Of a stretch of DNA of 64,000 bases, positions 61,110 to 64,000 are shown piece by piece. Position numbers and translations under genes: made by a program. Every line of letters starts with the position of its first letter. Position 1 is the first letter of the stretch. This stretch comes from Gemmatimonadota bacterium (lineage in GTDB: Bacteria > Gemmatimonadota > Gemmatimonadetes > Gemmatimonadales > GWC2-71-9), in assembly GCA_036679605.1 (NCBI GenBank), contig JAZDCZ010000218.1:1-64000 (forward strand), in the 5' to 3' direction. The notes under the pieces were generated by a model that did not search any database, had not been told where the DNA came from, and saw only the letters and a list, made by a program, of their open reading frames with translations.

Positions 61110-62273
61110 TTAGTGCCCAGTCCTGCCGCCCAACGCCCCCAACCTCTCCGCCGCCTCCATGAGCAAATCCTCGGTCTTGCAAAAGGCAAACCGGATGTAC
61201 CGGCTCCCCAGCTCCGCGCTACTGTAGAAACTGGATCCTGGCACCGAAGCCACTCCAATCTCCTTCGTCAGCCAGTATGCGAATTCGTCGTCGGGTAGAT
61301 CACTGAGCGCCGAGAAGTCGGCCATGATGTAGTATGCACCTTGCGGCAGCTCACACCGGAAGCCTGCCCCCACCAAAGCATCATACATTACAGTTCGCCG
61401 TTTGCGATAGCCCTCGGCCAAGCCCTTGTAGTAATCTTGGTCGAGCGTCTCGAGACCGGCCGCGACACCCTCCTGTAACGGCGCCGGAGCACCGACGGTC
61501 AAGAAATCGTGAACCTTTCGAATCGCATCGCTTACCTGGCACGGTGCCACGACGGTACCTACACGCCACCCTGTAACACTGAAAGTCTTCGACGCACCGC
61601 TCAGCGTGATCGTGCGATCGCGCATCCCCGGAATCGTGGCCATAGGTATGTGCTCGCCCTCATAGTAGATGTGTTCGTAGATCTCGTCAGTGACGGCATA
61701 CGCGTCAAATTCTCGGCACAGCTCAGCGATTCCGGTCAGCTCCTCGCGAGTGAACACTTTCCCTGTCGGATTGTTGGGAGTGTTGATGATTACTGCGCGC
61801 GTCTTGGTCGAGAACTTCGCTTTGACCCATTCCATGTCGAGATTGCCGGTTGCCGCCATGGGGACAAACATCGGCCTAGCATCACACAGAATCGCGTCTG
61901 GTCCATAGTTCTCGTAGAATGGCTCGAAGATAATGACCTCGTCACCGGGATCCACGATCGACAACATCACCGACGCCATCGCCTCCGTCGAACCACAAGT
62001 CACGGTGATCTCCTCTTCCGGATTCACCTCCATGCCATACCACTCGGCGTACTTCGCCGCCAAGGCATCCCGCAGTCGCTTCGAGCCCCACGTGATTGCA
62101 TACTGGTTAATCTCGTCGTGGATCGCCTTTGCAGCAGCTTCCTTTAGTACCTGCGGCGCTGGAAAGTTGGGGAAACCCTGTGCCAGATTGATAGCATCGT
62201 GCTCGTTGGCAAGACGAGTCATACCGCGGATGACCGACTCGGTGAAGCCGTGTGTTCGGATAGCTGTTTTCAT
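61110..62273 (-). CDS. Class I/II PLP-dependent aminotransferase
   Basis: INLAQGFP, NTPNNPTGK, DEIYE and SKTFSVTGWRVG. Confidence 0.92.
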   Translation of the reverse strand: MKTAIRTHGFTESVIRGMTRLANEHDAINLAQGFPNFPAPQVLKEAAAKAIHDEINQYAITWGSKRLRDALAAKYAEWYGMEVNPEEEITVTCGSTEAMASVMLSIVDPGDEVIIFEPFYENYGPDAILCDARPMFVPMAATGNLDMEWVKAKFSTKTRAVIINTPNNPTGKVFTREELTGIAELCREFDAYAVTDEIYEHIYYEGEHIPMATIPGMRDRTITLSGASKTFSVTGWRVGTVVAPCQVSDAIRKVHDFLTVGAPAPLQEGVAAGLETLDQDYYKGLAEGYRKRRTVMYDALVGAGFRCELPQGAYYIMADFSALSDLPDDEFAYWLTKEIGVASVPGSSFYSSAELGSRYIRFAFCKTEDLLMEAAERLGALGGRTGH

Positions 62274-62455
62274 GGGGGGAAAGATACGGCGGGCTGCATA
62301 ATCCTACCACCACCTGCACAAAAACGATGACAGAGGTGAGCGCGTTAGATCTTACTTTAGTGCATGTTCAGCATTTGCACTTCAAACATTCTCGCTAGAG
62401 TTAGCGGAGCTGTTCCAACCTATCTAATAACTGGAGATAAGTTCCCACTCTCCGC

Positions 62456-62857
62456 CTACGCATTGAGAATTCTAATTGCGAGCAACGCCGCATTCTTCGC
62501 ATTCCCAATACCAACCGTTGCCACGGGATTCCCGCTCGGCATCTGCGCTACGGCGTATAGCGCATCGACGCCGCGAAGCGGACCGACTTCCAACGGCAAA
62601 CCGATTACGGGCAGGTCACTGTTTGCCGCTACTGTGCCGGGCAAAGCCGCAGCCAGACCGGCACCGGCGATGATCACACGATAACCATTGGCTCGGGCGC
62701 CCTTGGCGATCTCTGCGGTTTTTTCCGGATTGCGATGCGATGACGAAACAACGAAGTCGTAACCGACCTTCGCTTCGTCCAGCACGGCGAATGCCGATGC
62801 CACACGCTCTTCATCACTCTGTGACCCCACGACGATCAATACAGGCTTGTCACTCAT
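62456..62857 (-). CDS. purE: PurE-family (N5-CAIR mutase / AIR carboxylase), short
   Basis: GSQSD, SSHR.P, IAGAGLAAALPG, PVIGLP and QMPSGNPVATV. Confidence 0.9.
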   Translation of the reverse strand: MSDKPVLIVVGSQSDEERVASAFAVLDEAKVGYDFVVSSSHRNPEKTAEIAKGARANGYRVIIAGAGLAAALPGTVAANSDLPVIGLPLEVGPLRGVDALYAVAQMPSGNPVATVGIGNAKNAALLAIRILNA

Positions 62858-62868
62858 CTCCTATCACC

Positions 62869-63918
62869 CTATGCTGCCACTTCGTCGGGAATGATCGAAT
62901 AGTCTTGTCTCCTGCGCGCCGCCACGAACCCAGCATCGACGATGTGCCGTCTCATTTCGTCGAGCGTTGTGCAATGGGCGGTGCCGGCTGCGGATACAAC
63001 GTTTTCTTCGATCATGAGCGAGCCAAAGTCGTTGCACCCGAACTTCAGAGCGATCTGTCCCACCTTGAGCCCCATGGTGACCCATGAAGCTTGCAAATTC
63101 GGAATGTTATCCAGCACGATCCGTGAAATCGCCACGGTCCTGAGATACGTCGTAGCGTCTGTCTTGGGCGTCCCCTCCATCTCGGTGTTCTCTGGCTGTA
63201 GCGGCCACGTGATGAACGCGGTGAACCCGCCGGTTCGCGATTGAACTTCCCGCACCCGCATCAGGTGCTCTATGCGATCGGCTAAACTCTCTCCCAACCC
63301 GTACATCATTGTTACGGATGTTTTCATTCCTATGCCGTGAGCAAGTTCCATAATCTCTAGCCAGCGATCTGCTCCGGCTTTCTTCTGCGCCACCTTGTCG
63401 CGTATTTCCTGTACGAGTATCTCTCCTCCACCGCCAGGAATCGAGTCGAGCCCGGCAGCTCGCAACTCACCAATTACCTCTTCGGCGCTCATCCGAAATC
63501 GCGTCGAGAAGAAGTCTACCTCAGACGGCGAGAATCCATGAATATGGATCGGATGGTTCCGCTTCACGTAGCGCATGAGATCGAGATACCACTCGAACGG
63601 TATATACGGATTATGACCGCCTTGGATAAGGATCTGCACTGCGCCGAGTTCCTTGGCTTCGTCGATCTTCGCGCCGATCGCGTCGAAGGAAAGCACATAG
63701 CCCTCATCATGTTTTGGTCGCCGGTAGAATGCGCAGAACTTGCAATCCGCTACGCAGACATTGGTGTAGTTGATGTTCCGGTCTACGATATAGGTAACGA
63801 TATCGTCGGAGTGCAGTTCACGCCGTTTTGAGTCGGCTAGCGCCCCCAACTCCAAGAGAGGAGTCCGCTCGTAGAGATCGAGATAGTCGCGAAAGTCGCT
63901 GCTTGTGCGATCAAACAT
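62869..63918 (-). CDS. mqnC: Cyclic dehypoxanthinyl futalosine synthase (radical SAM)
   Basis: DRNINYTNVCVADCKFCAF, QGGH, PGGGGEIL and NDFGSLMIEENVVSAAG. Start placed at ATG 63918. Confidence 0.9.
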   Translation of the reverse strand: MFDRTSSDFRDYLDLYERTPLLELGALADSKRRELHSDDIVTYIVDRNINYTNVCVADCKFCAFYRRPKHDEGYVLSFDAIGAKIDEAKELGAVQILIQGGHNPYIPFEWYLDLMRYVKRNHPIHIHGFSPSEVDFFSTRFRMSAEEVIGELRAAGLDSIPGGGGEILVQEIRDKVAQKKAGADRWLEIMELAHGIGMKTSVTMMYGLGESLADRIEHLMRVREVQSRTGGFTAFITWPLQPENTEMEGTPKTDATTYLRTVAISRIVLDNIPNLQASWVTMGLKVGQIALKFGCNDFGSLMIEENVVSAAGTAHCTTLDEMRRHIVDAGFVAARRRQDYSIIPDEVAA

Positions 63919-63922
63919 GCGA

Positions 63923-64000
63923 CTAGGCAACCGACAAGAACGACAATGTTCCCTCAGGCACCTTACCTCGTGCAGCAAGTCGACGGAAGAAACTGGTCAG
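63923..64000 (-). CDS. C-terminus of an upstream gene (partial), probably chorismate dehydratase MqnA
   Basis: Open frame LTSFFRRLAARGKVPEGTLSFLSVA* ends 4 nt before mqnC. Identity inferred from context only. Confidence 0.5.
   Translation of the reverse strand: MTSFFRRLAARGKVPEGTLSFLSVA

Noticed and set aside
62274..62455. Possible riboswitch upstream of the aminotransferase
   Set aside because: No SAM-I, TPP or other aptamer consensus recognised; the gene looks leaderless.

Overview
Bacterial chromosomal core region. Gene order and content suggest a diderm, probably Gemmatimonadota (inference). The window starts in the 3' end of an rRNA operon (23S, 5S). About 40 kb of + strand housekeeping and envelope genes follow: era, prfB with a programmed frameshift, lysS, lolC/E-lolD, mcsA-mcsB-clpC, bamA-skp-lpxD-lpxC/fabZ-lpxA-lpxB-DUF374-lpxK, gdh, rlmH, methyltransferase-bshC, murJ, uvrC, thrC, der-plsY-gpsA, surE-pcm, apt and two tRNAs. 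These converge on a 28-bp dif-like site at 40505-40532, after which almost all genes are on the - strand. That side holds a 13-gene kdsB-pyrG-kdsA-kdsC-lptC-lptA-lptB-rpoN operon ending in a five-gene polyprenyl-phosphate-sugar glycosylation cassette. It also holds trpG-like, xerD, dedA, ispF, a membrane-fused spermidine-synthase-like gene beside a kinase pseudogene remnant, an atypical cytochrome c lipoprotein, an aminotransferase, purE and mqnC/mqnA. I saw no CRISPR array, prophage or IS. The best leads are an LptB with a ~145-aa unknown N-terminal domain, the glycosylation cassette coupled to lpt/rpoN, a possible N-methyl-bacillithiol pair, and a sigma54-like box overlapping the sigma70 promoter of the rpoN operon. 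All calls come from reading motifs by eye; no searches were run.
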